NCBI GenBank assembly: GCA_051294375.1
Contig: CM119263.1
Location: forward strand, 14,869,574-14,933,573
DNA length: 64,000 bases
Direction: 5' to 3'
Source of the DNA: Paraspadella gotoi
Taxonomy: Eukaryota; Animalia; Chaetognatha
Both the position numbers and the translations under genes were made by a program. Numbering within the stretch: the first letter of the stretch is position 1; every line of letters starts with the position of its first letter. Under the pieces are notes generated by a model that was not told the origin of the DNA, did no database searches, and saw only the letters and a program-made list of their open reading frames with translations. Below, one piece after another: positions 63,933 to 64,000 of the stretch.

Positions 63933-64000
63933 GGTGGTTATTTATACAGCATTTATACAGCATAATATAATTTCTCCAAATTTTGGGCTTAGGGCATTAT

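Overview
AT-rich, intron-rich invertebrate animal genomic DNA (draft assembly, two 25-N gaps); the organism cannot be named from the sequence alone. Four genes can be built from exon phases. (1) An invertebrate claudin-like tetraspan gene (+, 12350-14110). (2) A divergent Ras-family GTPase (+, 16341-17529). (3) A ~2870-aa Macro/LRR/MBT/LRR/Roc-COR/TIR protein (-, 27358-17682), almost all in one 8.4-kb exon. (4) A ~29-exon single-chain four-repeat cyclic-nucleotide-gated (CNGK/tetraKCNG-like) channel (-, >=59984-28382) with four different, non-canonical pore motifs. The first ~8.3 kb is a near-identical tandem duplication containing a truncated Ty3/gypsy element. Introns carry a Penelope-like element with inverted pLTRs and minimal hammerhead-ribozyme motifs, three families of tiny LTR elements whose LTRs contain tRNA-like/Pol III sequences, Helentron/DINE-1-like elements, Tc1 remnants, SINEs and MITEs. 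GC-AG introns with a GCGAG donor recur in three different genes. All domain and family calls are from motif recognition by eye; no database searches were run.
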